Source: Candidatus Nanosyncoccus sp. (GTDB taxonomy: Bacteria > Patescibacteriota > Saccharimonadia > Saccharimonadales > Saccharimonadaceae). Taken from it: DNA of 48,112 nt. The stretch is taken from the NCBI GenBank assembly GCA_045649285.1, contig JAZRPP010000014.1, positions 1-48,112 of the forward strand, in the 5' to 3' direction. Below are positions 26,849 through 35,898 of this stretch, piece by piece. Made by a program: the position numbers and the translations under genes. The notes under the pieces are model-generated. The model did not search any database and was not told the DNA's origin. It worked only from the letters and a program-made list of their open reading frames with translations. The stretch's first letter is position 1. Each line of letters starts with the position of its first letter.

Positions 26849-28355
26849 AATTTTCTCCCATTAGTTGATATTTTCTTTGGTTTAATTTTAACACTTTGTG
26901 ACGGATAAGTCCAATGGCCAGGGGCGCGAAGATAATTAAATAAAACCAAAAGACGTGGGGATTGTATGGGTCGAGCTTGATGAGAAAACTTTTCTGGGTG
27001 GCGAGGAGATCTGCTAGAAAAATGTGGAAGTCTAGGAGTTTGGTGGTAAGAAAAGGGACGACTGTATTTACTAAAGGGATGTCGGCGAGGAGGCCAGTTG
27101 CGAAAGTGAGACCCATGGCGAGGCTGAGGGTCGGGAGGATAAGGAGGTTAGCAAAGACGGAGATGAGGGAGATTTGACCGAAGTAGTAGAGGGTGATAGG
27201 GAGAGTCATGGCTGTGGCAGAGATAGTGGTGAGGAGGCTGCTCGCGATGAATTTGGGCTTCTTTTTGCCGTAGAAAAATTTGGTGAGTTTTGGCCCTAAT
27301 ATCATGATGCCGGCGTAGCTGGCGAAGCTAAGGAGCCAGCCGAGATCAATGATATATATGGGGTTGATTAAAAGTGTCGCCGCGGCGATAGTGAGGATGA
27401 GGCGCCAAGGGGCGATTTTGCGACCGGTGTGATTTGCTAGGAGAGTTAAAATGGACATGAGGCCGGCGCGGAGGATGGAGGGAGTAAAACCGATCATGGC
27501 CATAAAAAGGAAGATGAGGATGCTGGAAAAGATGAGGCTGGAAGCGCGGGAAATCCGCGCGAAAGTCCTACGGGTGATTTCGACGAGGATGGAAAGGTGG
27601 GCGCCAGAGGCGACAACGATATGGACGAGGCCGATGGTGCGGAGGTTCTCGTCTAGATCTTTGTCTAGGCCTGTTTTCATGCCGAGGAGATAAGAGAGGC
27701 CGAGGCTGGACTCTGTTTCTGGGATTTGATTTTTGATGCGGTCGGCGAACCAGTTGCGGAGGTTTAAGATAGGGTCGCCGGGGGAGGGACGAGAGATTTT
27801 TTTAATTTTCGGCTGGTAGAGGAAGCCGGAATAGGTGCCGAAGCCTTGTAGTAGTTTGCCGGTGACAGTGAGCTCGTCGGAACGGGAGATTTGGGATGTC
27901 TCGTCGGCGGTGCGGAGGGAGAGGTAGAGAGAGCCGGAAGCGGGTACTTCCCCGCTGTCGCCAAAGCGGAGATTGTTTAGTTTTAATTTGATGTTTGCCT
28001 CGTCGGCATTGGGGTCGCCGGAGACAGTGCCAGTGACGGTGATATTTTGATCGTAGAGGCCGTGGATGTAGTTTTCGCCCTGGAGCTCGCTGGTAATGCG
28101 GAAAAAGGCGAGGAGGAAGCCGGCGGTGAGGGCGAGAGTAATGAAGATAAGTTTGGGCTGAAAATAGGTGAAGATAAAAAGAAAGGTCACGAGGGTAAGC
28201 CAGATGGGTGAGGAGAAATAATTGATGCGAAAAACAAGGCCGAGGATGGTGCCGGAAATAATGCCGAGGCAGAGAGCGACCACAAAATAGGATTGATGAA
28301 TGGAATTGGTTAGGGCTCGCAGTTTTTTTAGCTTTTTTGGTCTTGTTGTTTTCAT
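26835..28355 (-). CDS. comEC: ComEC/Rec2 competence channel (no C-terminal beta-lactamase-fold domain)
   Basis: GLVHIVVASGAH, PSILRA..M, GW.LSF, AN....P. Confidence 0.9.
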   Translation of the reverse strand: MKTTRPKKLKKLRALTNSIHQSYFVVALCLGIISGTILGLVFRINYFSSPIWLTLVTFLFIFTYFQPKLIFITLALTAGFLLAFFRITSELQGENYIHGLYDQNITVTGTVSGDPNADEANIKLKLNNLRFGDSGEVPASGSLYLSLRTADETSQISRSDELTVTGKLLQGFGTYSGFLYQPKIKKISRPSPGDPILNLRNWFADRIKNQIPETESSLGLSYLLGMKTGLDKDLDENLRTIGLVHIVVASGAHLSILVEITRRTFARISRASSLIFSSILIFLFMAMIGFTPSILRAGLMSILTLLANHTGRKIAPWRLILTIAAATLLINPIYIIDLGWLLSFASYAGIMILGPKLTKFFYGKKKPKFIASSLLTTISATAMTLPITLYYFGQISLISVFANLLILPTLSLAMGLTFATGLLADIPLVNTVVPFLTTKLLDFHIFLADLLATQKSFLIKLDPYNPHVFWFYLIIFAPLAIGLIRHKVLKLNQRKYQLMGENYVRT

Positions 28356-28482
28356 GTTGTGGGGTTATAATTAATATAAGCGAGATCGCTTAGCCCACCT
28401 CAGTCGTGAAGCCCTAAGGCGGGCTTGACTTAATTATCGCAGCGCGGTAGAATTAAGGTACAAGGTTTATGAGTTTCTTCTA

Positions 28483-28551
28483 CTACGTAGAAGAAACTTT
28501 TTTGATCGTGATTAGACCAAAGAAGAGCTTTATTTCAAAAGTCGTCTTCAT
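28483..28551 (-). CDS. Putative 22-aa peptide MKTTFEIKLFFGLITIKKVSST
   Basis: GAAAGGAG RBS; stop inside hairpin GTTTCTTCTAC..GTAGAAGAAAC. Confidence 0.45.
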   Translation of the reverse strand: MKTTFEIKLFFGLITIKKVSST

Positions 28552-28641
28552 AATAACCTTCTCCTTTCTCTCCGCGTTTCGTTTTTAATTTGCGACCTCG
28601 CTGGGAAAAACTTGTATCATAGTTAAAAATATATTTCAACC

Positions 28642-28729
28642 CCCCACCCGGAGCATAAGAGTTTTATGTTTGTTACATAAGAGTTTTGAATTTAAACATA
28701 AATGTTTTTGTTTTTGTCATAAGCGTTTT
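28642..28729. promoter_or_regulatory. Phased direct repeats CATAAGAGTTTT x4 (spacing 22/21/21)
   Basis: Copies start at 28654, 28676, 28697 and 28718, preceded by CCCCACCCG; same arrangement at 40892-40952. Confidence 0.7.
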
Positions 28730-28817
28730 GTTTTTTTCTGGTGCTCTTTTATTTATGTAAAAATATGTTATCATATATTTTAGTCACACATGTACTTTTA
28801 CAGTTAGGAGGGTAAAG

Positions 28818-29441
28818 ATGTTAAAAGCTACACAAGTTATTCAGGATGTAGGCAGTGAGCCTCTCACTGGACGTTATCTCGTTTTGGAAGACGACGAAAC
28901 TGGCGCAAGAGTGGAAGTTCCTTTTGAAAGAGGGCATTTATCTGTTCTCTTTGAAGGTCACCTCTTTGATTATTATGGTCGTTCAATTCAAATTGACCCT
29001 AAGATCAAGCGCATAATCAAAAAAGCCGGACGCGCCAGGGCATACAACTCTGATGCCGAATCATACATGGTAGAAACAATGAACGGAAAAACCGTCATTG
29101 CAGAAATTTGGTATTATACCTACTCAAAACATTCTCAAAAGAAAGATTATCGGGGATACGACGCTTATATCTATGAGTTGAATCCTGATTTTTCTGGCAA
29201 TAATGAGCTGGAGGTAGAATTGCTCTGTACGAATATTGAAATTCTGGATACGGAAATTTTTCCGGAGGATTCGTATATCGTTCAAAGTGCTAGTGGAGCG
29301 AATTATTTTGATAGCATCACAGTTCATAAAGATGGTTCAATTGATGCCACTATTGATGGGAATAGTATTGCTACCGATAATGCCTTTGTTGAGAAAAAGC
29401 AAGGTGTCACTCTCTATTATTTGCCTTTTTGCCTCATCTAA
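28818..29441 (+). CDS. Hypothetical protein
   Basis: 207 aa, AGGAGG RBS, terminator follows. Confidence 0.8.
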   Translation: MLKATQVIQDVGSEPLTGRYLVLEDDETGARVEVPFERGHLSVLFEGHLFDYYGRSIQIDPKIKRIIKKAGRARAYNSDAESYMVETMNGKTVIAEIWYYTYSKHSQKKDYRGYDAYIYELNPDFSGNNELEVELLCTNIEILDTEIFPEDSYIVQSASGANYFDSITVHKDGSIDATIDGNSIATDNAFVEKKQGVTLYYLPFCLI

Positions 29442-29445
29442 CTAC

Positions 29446-29471
29446 AAACCCCAGCAATTTGCTGGGGTTTT
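29446..29471 (+). terminator. Intrinsic terminator
   Basis: AAACCCCAGCA-att-TGCTGGGGTTTT. Confidence 0.8.
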
Positions 29472-29538
29472 CTGTGCTGATAGAATGTTTATGTTTTTAA
29501 TTTTAGGGAGAATATGGTAAAATATAGATGTTGTATGT

Positions 29539-31206
29539 TTAATTTGCACCCATAGCGCAACTGGATAGAGCGTCAGCTTCCGGAGCTGAAGGTTGGAGGT
29601 TCGAATCCTCTTGGGTGTACCATTGTGAAATTAGGCCGTCTTTGAGGTCTTTTTTTATCTGTTGAGAGTCGGTTCGAGCAAGCTCAAATTGCTGTTTTAA
29701 TTCAGGGTATTTTTCTGCCACTGGCACTAGGTATTTTACAGGGGTAAACTGGATGGTTCGATTCGATAATCGTAGATTTGCACCAAGCCTTTTTATTACT
29801 GCCCTTTTTCTTTCCCAATCGTCCGAATCGAAATCTTCTTTAGCATAGCGTGCAAACATAAAAATGTCATTTGCTTTTTCTCTCCAGTTATATGCTGCAG
29901 TTTTAATCTTTTTCCGATCCTCTTCTAGCCTGGCAATTTCTTTCTCTATGTCTTCTTGTTTAGCCAAAAAGAAAGCATTGTCGGTGATTAACCCCTTATA
30001 GAGGGAACGCCTAAGGTTATTCAGCTCGTTGGTTTTGTCAGCTATCCTCTTATTAATGCTAGCTATCTTCTCGTCTTGCTTAGCTACTTCGATCTCATCC
30101 TCTTCAGCCAACGCCTCAATCGCTATCTTATAAAAATCTTCATCTATGGTGTAACGACAAAGCTCATCTTTAATCTGTTTTATCAAGTCTTCCTCACGTA
30201 TATAAACTTCGTGATTCTTACACTTAGTGCCACGTTTTCTACCGCTACAATGACAATAATGGTATTCCTTAACAGTGCCATCCTTCAACTTCTTAAATTT
30301 CTTCTCTGTTACGATAGCGTAACCGCACTCGGCACATCTAATCATTCCTCTCAATAAAAACTGGTACGGTTCAGTTTTAGGTCGAGTGCAATGCTCTGGA
30401 TCGAGAATTTCCTGCATCTGTTCAAATTGCGATTCAGAAATCATAGGGGGGTGATTCCCACTATATATTTTATTACCCCACTTAAACTTACCAGCATAAA
30501 AAGGGTTCTGCAACAGATGACGAACGCCATTATGGCAAAGTGGCGTTCCGCCTTTTCTCTTAGTCTGAGGGGTGCGAATCACTAGTTCTTCATCTGCAAT
30601 TCTAGTTAATTCAGAGATGGTGTATGTGCCAGTTAGCGCTTTGCGCCACAGCTCAGCTACCCTATCAAACATAATGGGGTCTTTAACTATCTTCCTCTCA
30701 AGACGGTCGTTCATATAACCAACTGGTGCCATGCTAGGATAATCGCCTTTATCAGCCTTAGAAGTCATGCCACGCGTAACCTTCGCTTTCAGTTCCTTTA
30801 TGAACCGGCTATTCATGCTGTTTTCTATAGTAAATAGCAGCTCATCATTATCACGATACCATTTCTCGTGTGTTCTAATACCAGACAAAACACCGCTATC
30901 AAGTAACCATTGCAAATCTCCGCCATCCTTAGGATTACGAGATAAACGGCTAGTATCCCAGGCAAGAATCACATCATATTTTCCATCTTCGATATCGCGC
31001 ATCATCTGCTTAAAAACCGGACGAACCCCAGGAGCTTTTGCACTTTTAGACTCTGACAGTACCTCCACAATTTTCACCCCCTCGCCTCTAGCCACCTCTT
31101 TCATTATTCTAATCTGGTCATCAATAGACTGTACTTGCTTATCCTCCGATTCGGTAGATTTGCGTGCGTACAGCACGGCTCTTTTGACGTGATTTTGTTT
31201 ATTCAT
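29539..31206 (-). CDS. Large serine recombinase; last 27 codons run antisense through tRNA-Arg
   Basis: YARKSTE, SRLSR, P.GY, NPFYAG...H..MIS, CAECG..YCHC zinc ribbon, coiled coil; start MNKQN after GAAAGGA. Confidence 0.93.
   Translation of the reverse strand: MNKQNHVKRAVLYARKSTESEDKQVQSIDDQIRIMKEVARGEGVKIVEVLSESKSAKAPGVRPVFKQMMRDIEDGKYDVILAWDTSRLSRNPKDGGDLQWLLDSGVLSGIRTHEKWYRDNDELLFTIENSMNSRFIKELKAKVTRGMTSKADKGDYPSMAPVGYMNDRLERKIVKDPIMFDRVAELWRKALTGTYTISELTRIADEELVIRTPQTKRKGGTPLCHNGVRHLLQNPFYAGKFKWGNKIYSGNHPPMISESQFEQMQEILDPEHCTRPKTEPYQFLLRGMIRCAECGYAIVTEKKFKKLKDGTVKEYHYCHCSGRKRGTKCKNHEVYIREEDLIKQIKDELCRYTIDEDFYKIAIEALAEEDEIEVAKQDEKIASINKRIADKTNELNNLRRSLYKGLITDNAFFLAKQEDIEKEIARLEEDRKKIKTAAYNWREKANDIFMFARYAKEDFDSDDWERKRAVIKRLGANLRLSNRTIQFTPVKYLVPVAEKYPELKQQFELARTDSQQIKKDLKDGLISQWYTQEDSNLQPSAPEADALSSCAMGAN
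29546..29622 (+). tRNA. tRNA-Arg(CCG)
   Basis: GCACCCATAGCGCAACTGG...TCAGC-TTCCGGA-GCTGA...GGTTCGAATCC...TACCA. Confidence 0.95.
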
Positions 31207-31349
31207 ATTTATTCCTTTCTTCCAAAAAGGGCAGCCGTTGTTCCACATCCGGAGTGCAAAACTCTTTCTGTACGGCTGCCCTATATTAGACAGAAATAAC
31301 ACTGTTTTGCACTGTATCTAAGATGTGGAACACTTCAATTATAGCATAC

Positions 31350-33374
31350 TTATGCTTCTTTTCCTAGCTCACTATCATCGCCTAGTGTTTCGTCAAAGAA
31401 TACTAGTGGTATGATAAGTTTCTCACGCTTATCTTTTTCATAATTCTTTTCGCACTTTATAAACCCTACTGATTCAAGTGTTGGGATCCATTGCTTTCGC
31501 ATATAATCCATATATGGGAATCCACCTGTCTGCTTGTGGTGCTCTGCTATTATCTCTCTGATGGTGACACCTTTTGATAAGTAGCCTCTTTTCATCTTGC
31601 TATACCAAGCCGACAGAATAGTATCTTTGTAAAAATTGTGTATCTGTGGGGATAAGCCATAGACCATGCTGCCACTAATGGCGCCCCACAGCTTCATTGC
31701 CTCATCTATATCTTTATTTGCAACTACAACTTTACCACTTGCAATTCTGAAAGGGGCATTTACTAATGCTATTGCTTTTGCTAATGCTGTAAATTTGTGA
31801 ATCCCACGCATGGCGGCTGGCGACATATTATCCCCCAATGAATCGATAAAGTGTTGTCTCAGGTAGTCACTATCATCCACATCTATGGATTCTACCTTGA
31901 GTGATTTGATGTACAGAATTCTTTCCATGAGTAATCTGCGCTTCTCGTCATTTTGCATTTTAGTATTAAACGTATCCTGGTGGCAATTTTTATCGATATA
32001 GGCATCGATGCCGGCCAATACTTTTTTACGCGTACTGTCAGGGCTAAGAATTATACTCCTCGTCTGCTCTTGCTCGTCAATCGTAGTATTTGCCGAGCAG
32101 AAGAACGCCGAAGGGTAACCCAATATATAGCCCTCTTCAGCGGCATTTCTGCCGTTTTTGCTTTTATTAGTTATCGCAAATGGCACACGCTTCTTTTCGT
32201 GAGACAATACCGCACGCAAATTCGCTTGTAACTGGCTATCAGGCTGCTCGACAAAGACCATAATGCGGCGCTCCAAATCAATGTAGGGCTCTCTAGTATC
32301 TTCGTCGATTTTTCTAAGCTTTTGACTGTAGTAGAAAGCATTTGGCGTGGTCTTCCCGTATATGTTTACATCTTGCTCCGGGAAATACTTGCTAACCTCG
32401 TGGCAAATAAATGATTTACCCGTCGAGCTGCTCGCATTAAACATAACATTGAGCTGGTCCGATTCTGTATAAGCTAGTAACATAGCCAAAAAGGTTATGA
32501 CTTTGCTTTCGTAATCGTATTTAATTGTGGAATTTAGCGTATCTGCAATATCATCCACGGTTAATTCCTTAAATTTTGCTGGATCTATCGGCTCTGCCCC
32601 GCAATGAAATTTAGCGTATTTGGTGAAGAGTTCGTCCGCAGTACCTCGTTTCTGGACAAAGTAGTCCGTGAGATCGGCGTGCGCTCCCTCCTCAAATGGG
32701 AGAGAAATTATATAGATTGACGCCGATGGTATATATTCCGTCAAACGTTGCGCTAGTACTTCTGCCCCACGTTCGCCAACTACGCCTTTACCCATGCAGA
32801 TGTAAATATTCCGCATATTTTTAAGCTGTTCCATCCACTCTTTCCTGAACGTCTGAGTATATCCATCCCCAGTAACTACCGGCATTTTTATGCCCTCTTG
32901 GATTGCGATGATCCGGTCAAGCGCACTTTTGCAAATTATAGCATCGCTTGATGCGCTTTTCGCTAGTTGATCTTCGCCGACAAGTATTGGTTTTGCATTA
33001 TTTGGATACACTTCATATTTCTGGATCAATGTATCTTGCCCCATAACCTCTGCTACTTCCTCGGCTGATTCATCTTCCGGCGTAACACGTAGTCTTAAGT
33101 ACGCTATTTTACCAGCTTTATTATAGATGGGAATAACGAACCTGTCGTATCCGCGGAATTTCCAGATACCAAGTTGATTTTTTTCAATACTGGCGTCATT
33201 GATCCCTCTCTTATTAAAGTACTTGTAAACCTTTTCATTATCGCGTGATTTTTTGCAAATATTTCGTACTATCGTCTCGAGTGATTGCTCCCTCTTGTCC
33301 TTCTCGGGTGCTTGCTTTGCCTTCTGTCCGGTGCTGTAATTTATCTCAGCCATATTTTTTATATTAGCGACCAT
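31350..33374 (-). CDS. DnaG-like primase core (degenerate TOPRIM) fused to a P-loop ATPase/helicase
   Basis: YF.KRGI, RFVIPI....G.I..LR.R, DLTDYF; Walker A NASSSTGKS. Confidence 0.75.
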   Translation of the reverse strand: MVANIKNMAEINYSTGQKAKQAPEKDKREQSLETIVRNICKKSRDNEKVYKYFNKRGINDASIEKNQLGIWKFRGYDRFVIPIYNKAGKIAYLRLRVTPEDESAEEVAEVMGQDTLIQKYEVYPNNAKPILVGEDQLAKSASSDAIICKSALDRIIAIQEGIKMPVVTGDGYTQTFRKEWMEQLKNMRNIYICMGKGVVGERGAEVLAQRLTEYIPSASIYIISLPFEEGAHADLTDYFVQKRGTADELFTKYAKFHCGAEPIDPAKFKELTVDDIADTLNSTIKYDYESKVITFLAMLLAYTESDQLNVMFNASSSTGKSFICHEVSKYFPEQDVNIYGKTTPNAFYYSQKLRKIDEDTREPYIDLERRIMVFVEQPDSQLQANLRAVLSHEKKRVPFAITNKSKNGRNAAEEGYILGYPSAFFCSANTTIDEQEQTRSIILSPDSTRKKVLAGIDAYIDKNCHQDTFNTKMQNDEKRRLLMERILYIKSLKVESIDVDDSDYLRQHFIDSLGDNMSPAAMRGIHKFTALAKAIALVNAPFRIASGKVVVANKDIDEAMKLWGAISGSMVYGLSPQIHNFYKDTILSAWYSKMKRGYLSKGVTIREIIAEHHKQTGGFPYMDYMRKQWIPTLESVGFIKCEKNYEKDKREKLIIPLVFFDETLGDDSELGKEA

Positions 33375-33522
33375 GGCGTTGCTTCCTTTCCTTAGCGATA
33401 AGGCGTACTAGATCCTTCAGGTTCAAGAGCTCTCGTTCCGCATCTTTGGGAGAGATATCTTTCCCGAATTTAGTTTTATACTTTTTTCGGTACTCTTGTA
33501 CCAGATTTTTTGATAGAATCAT
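33364..33522 (-). CDS. 52-aa basic helical protein MILSKNLVQEYRKKYKTKFGKDISPKDAERELLNLKDLVRLIAKERKQRHGR
   Basis: AAGGAGG RBS; overlaps the primase start; below the ORF-track length cutoff. Confidence 0.75.
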   Translation of the reverse strand: MILSKNLVQEYRKKYKTKFGKDISPKDAERELLNLKDLVRLIAKERKQRHGR

Positions 33523-33754
33523 AAGATTCCTCCTTTTTCCTTTGTGGGGGGATACTCAATTAGGATAGCTATTAAATTGAGTAGCCCCGCCCGCCATCCT
33601 ACCCACTAGATTATCAGAAAGCCTAACGCATAACGACGATAGTGGAAAATAATACAAAAAAGTATTCTGCTCTATCTGTTTCAAAAAAACACACTACGGG
33701 GCTATTTGCAGAATAGTTGAAAAAATGTGGATTCTAGTTGAAAAGTAGTTGAAA

Positions 33755-34504
33755 TTAAGCTTTTTCTAGGGCCTTCAGCTGGTTAAACGTAAGTACCGCC
33801 TCTGCTTTGATAGAGACATCTTCGGCATTAAGTATTACAAAAGGCGAAAGCTCGTTTCTCACTACGCTTTTCTTAGCAAACACACGCGTAGCGATTGATT
33901 TTTTTCCGACGTAAGTTGTTCTGTTTGTATTTAGCCAGGCCCTCGTAGCGTGTTTATGTGCACTATTAAATGCAGCCAATAATATCTTAAAAGGTTTCAT
34001 GGTGTCTCTGAGCCTCTTGATGTAATAAATTTCATTAGTACTTTTACAATTAACGCAAAAACAACATTGGTCCTCATCGTAAAATAACTCGCACAAATGT
34101 TCCGCCACACAATTCTCTCTGACTTCTCTGATACGGTCAAAACTAATCTGGATAAAGAAATAATCATCATAGTTATCGTTAATAGGTATCAATGAGGCTC
34201 CAAAATTTTTCCACATCCAATTCTCGTCGTGGTGGGCTAGTTCTAGTCCAGTCGCACTTTGTCCATCTTGTGTTGTAACCCAGTCGGCATCAATAATTCC
34301 ATCATTGGCAAAACTGCGTATAATCTTTTTCTGTTCGGGGGGGCCGATTCCATATTTAGCCGCCTCGCCAGTAGATTGTAGTGTTTTTTGTCCCGAAGTC
34401 ACCAAATAGACTATGCAATCATCATCACGGTCACTATGCTCTCGCTGTCTAATGACTGAATAAAATACGGCTACCTCTTCTGGAGTAAAAACTCTAAAAC
34501 ACAT
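33755..34504 (-). CDS. Hypothetical protein (element cargo)
   Basis: 249 aa ORF; no motif recognised. Confidence 0.65.
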   Translation of the reverse strand: MCFRVFTPEEVAVFYSVIRQREHSDRDDDCIVYLVTSGQKTLQSTGEAAKYGIGPPEQKKIIRSFANDGIIDADWVTTQDGQSATGLELAHHDENWMWKNFGASLIPINDNYDDYFFIQISFDRIREVRENCVAEHLCELFYDEDQCCFCVNCKSTNEIYYIKRLRDTMKPFKILLAAFNSAHKHATRAWLNTNRTTYVGKKSIATRVFAKKSVVRNELSPFVILNAEDVSIKAEAVLTFNQLKALEKA

Positions 34505-34800
34505 CTTGCTATCCTATTTTGTTAAATTATACTACTTCCGCATATGTTTGAAAAATGTTTGAGCTTTAATTTTGCCGGTAACAATGATATAATTAAATTG
34601 TTCTGAATTTCAATTCTATCGCGGGTCTATCACCGACGAGATAGGCAAAGAATTGGACCCCGTGTGGAGCACTCGCTCCAGTCGGCCCAATCGCCTGCTG
34701 TAGAAAATGAAGTTCAGAACACTCCATAGCGAGTGTTCCATTTGGTATTATGGGGGGGCTCTCGACAAAGATAATATTTACACTAATTTTGGAGCAAAAT

Positions 34801-35109
34801 ATGGCAACAAGTGAACCAAGATCCGACAAACAAAAAACCAAACAAACTGAATCTAAAAAAGAAGATAAAGAAAAAAAGGAAAGATTAAATAGAAGGGAGG
34901 CTATTGAATCGGCTATAGTTGCCATTTTGGGCATCTTTTGGTTGCCTATCATTTTTGAACCTTTAGCCTTGGGCTTTGGTATTAAAGCCATGGTATCATC
35001 CACGGATAGAATAACTACCGCAGTAGCCCTAATAGCTATCATTATTAGTCTTATTACCTTAGGAATAATGTTAATGGGAATATTATTTATTGCTTTAGCG
35101 TCGCTTTAG
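34801..35109 (+). CDS. Small membrane protein (DUF4190-like)
   Basis: GGAG RBS, charged N-terminus, S...AILG....P.A..FG.KA then a second TM. Confidence 0.6.
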   Translation: MATSEPRSDKQKTKQTESKKEDKEKKERLNRREAIESAIVAILGIFWLPIIFEPLALGFGIKAMVSSTDRITTAVALIAIIISLITLGIMLMGILFIALASL

Positions 35110-35203
35110 AAAAATAATGTTCCATATTGGATAAGATAAAGGTGGAAGCAAATACACCTACATTGCTTGAAAAACTTGGGAAATATTAGGGAAAAGGAGT
35201 TAG

Positions 35204-35455
35204 ATGAATAAGTATACAAAAATAAAAATAAAGCGTACAATGAAGATTATTTTTAGATGCATTGGTGGCTCTATTCTTACGTTGTATTTGGGTGCTTTGT
35301 TTTTTGTGCCTGGATTAATAATACTTATGCTTTTAATGACAGCAATTCTAGGAACCGTAGAAAAACCAGAGTATATTTATTTCCCTCTTTGTGTGGTATT
35401 TATGTTGGGCTGCATTGGTTACGCTTGTTATAATGTTGGAAGAGGCGACAAGTAA
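35204..35455 (+). CDS. Small membrane protein
   Basis: AAGGAG RBS; two hydrophobic segments. Confidence 0.6.
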   Translation: MNKYTKIKIKRTMKIIFRCIGGSILTLYLGALFFVPGLIILMLLMTAILGTVEKPEYIYFPLCVVFMLGCIGYACYNVGRGDK

Positions 35456-35898
35456 GACTACTATGATTTTCACTAACGAGTATCTCCTAGTTTTTATTAT
35501 CCATCAATCACCTCTAGTTCTATGGAAGTTTACAATTGGAGTCATTGGGGGTCTGTCCACTGTTATTATTTTTGGATAAAATATAGTGGGAATAGCCCCC
35601 TGGTACTTTTGCAGAAAATATTTTAGATTCTGAGCATACTTTTTAGGGTTTTATAGATATGGCTTTTTCCCTACTGATGTAATAGAATATTAAGTAGATA
35701 CTTTAATGAGAGAAAAACAGATAAGATGGGCAATTCCCGCCCATCAAATCTACCTTTAGCATAGTTGCAACTTCTTTCACTAGGGTGTACCACAGGGCTG
35801 GGCTTTTTCTTAGAAAGAAAAAGTCCCAACGAAAAAGAAATAGTATGAAATTTGAAATGGAAGTGAATTCCATTTCAATTTTTGTTTATAATAGAACT

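Larger units (their letters stand above)
29613..35792. mobile_element. Integrated LSR element (~6.2 kb) at the tRNA-Arg 3' end
   Basis: GGGTGTACCA direct repeat at 29613-29622 and 35783-35792; recombinase and primase/helicase inside; a hairpin (GGGCTTTTTCT..AGAAAAAGTCCC), probably the displaced tRNA terminator, follows the right repeat. Confidence 0.88.

Noticed and set aside
28654-28729. CRISPR array
   Set aside because: 12-bp repeats with 9-10 bp spacers are far too short, and there are no cas genes.
34593-35042. 149-aa minus-strand ORF
   Set aside because: Antisense to the RBS-supported membrane gene and overlaps the structured patch.
29613-35792. Prophage or conjugative element
   Set aside because: No structural, packaging, relaxase or T4SS genes between the att repeats.
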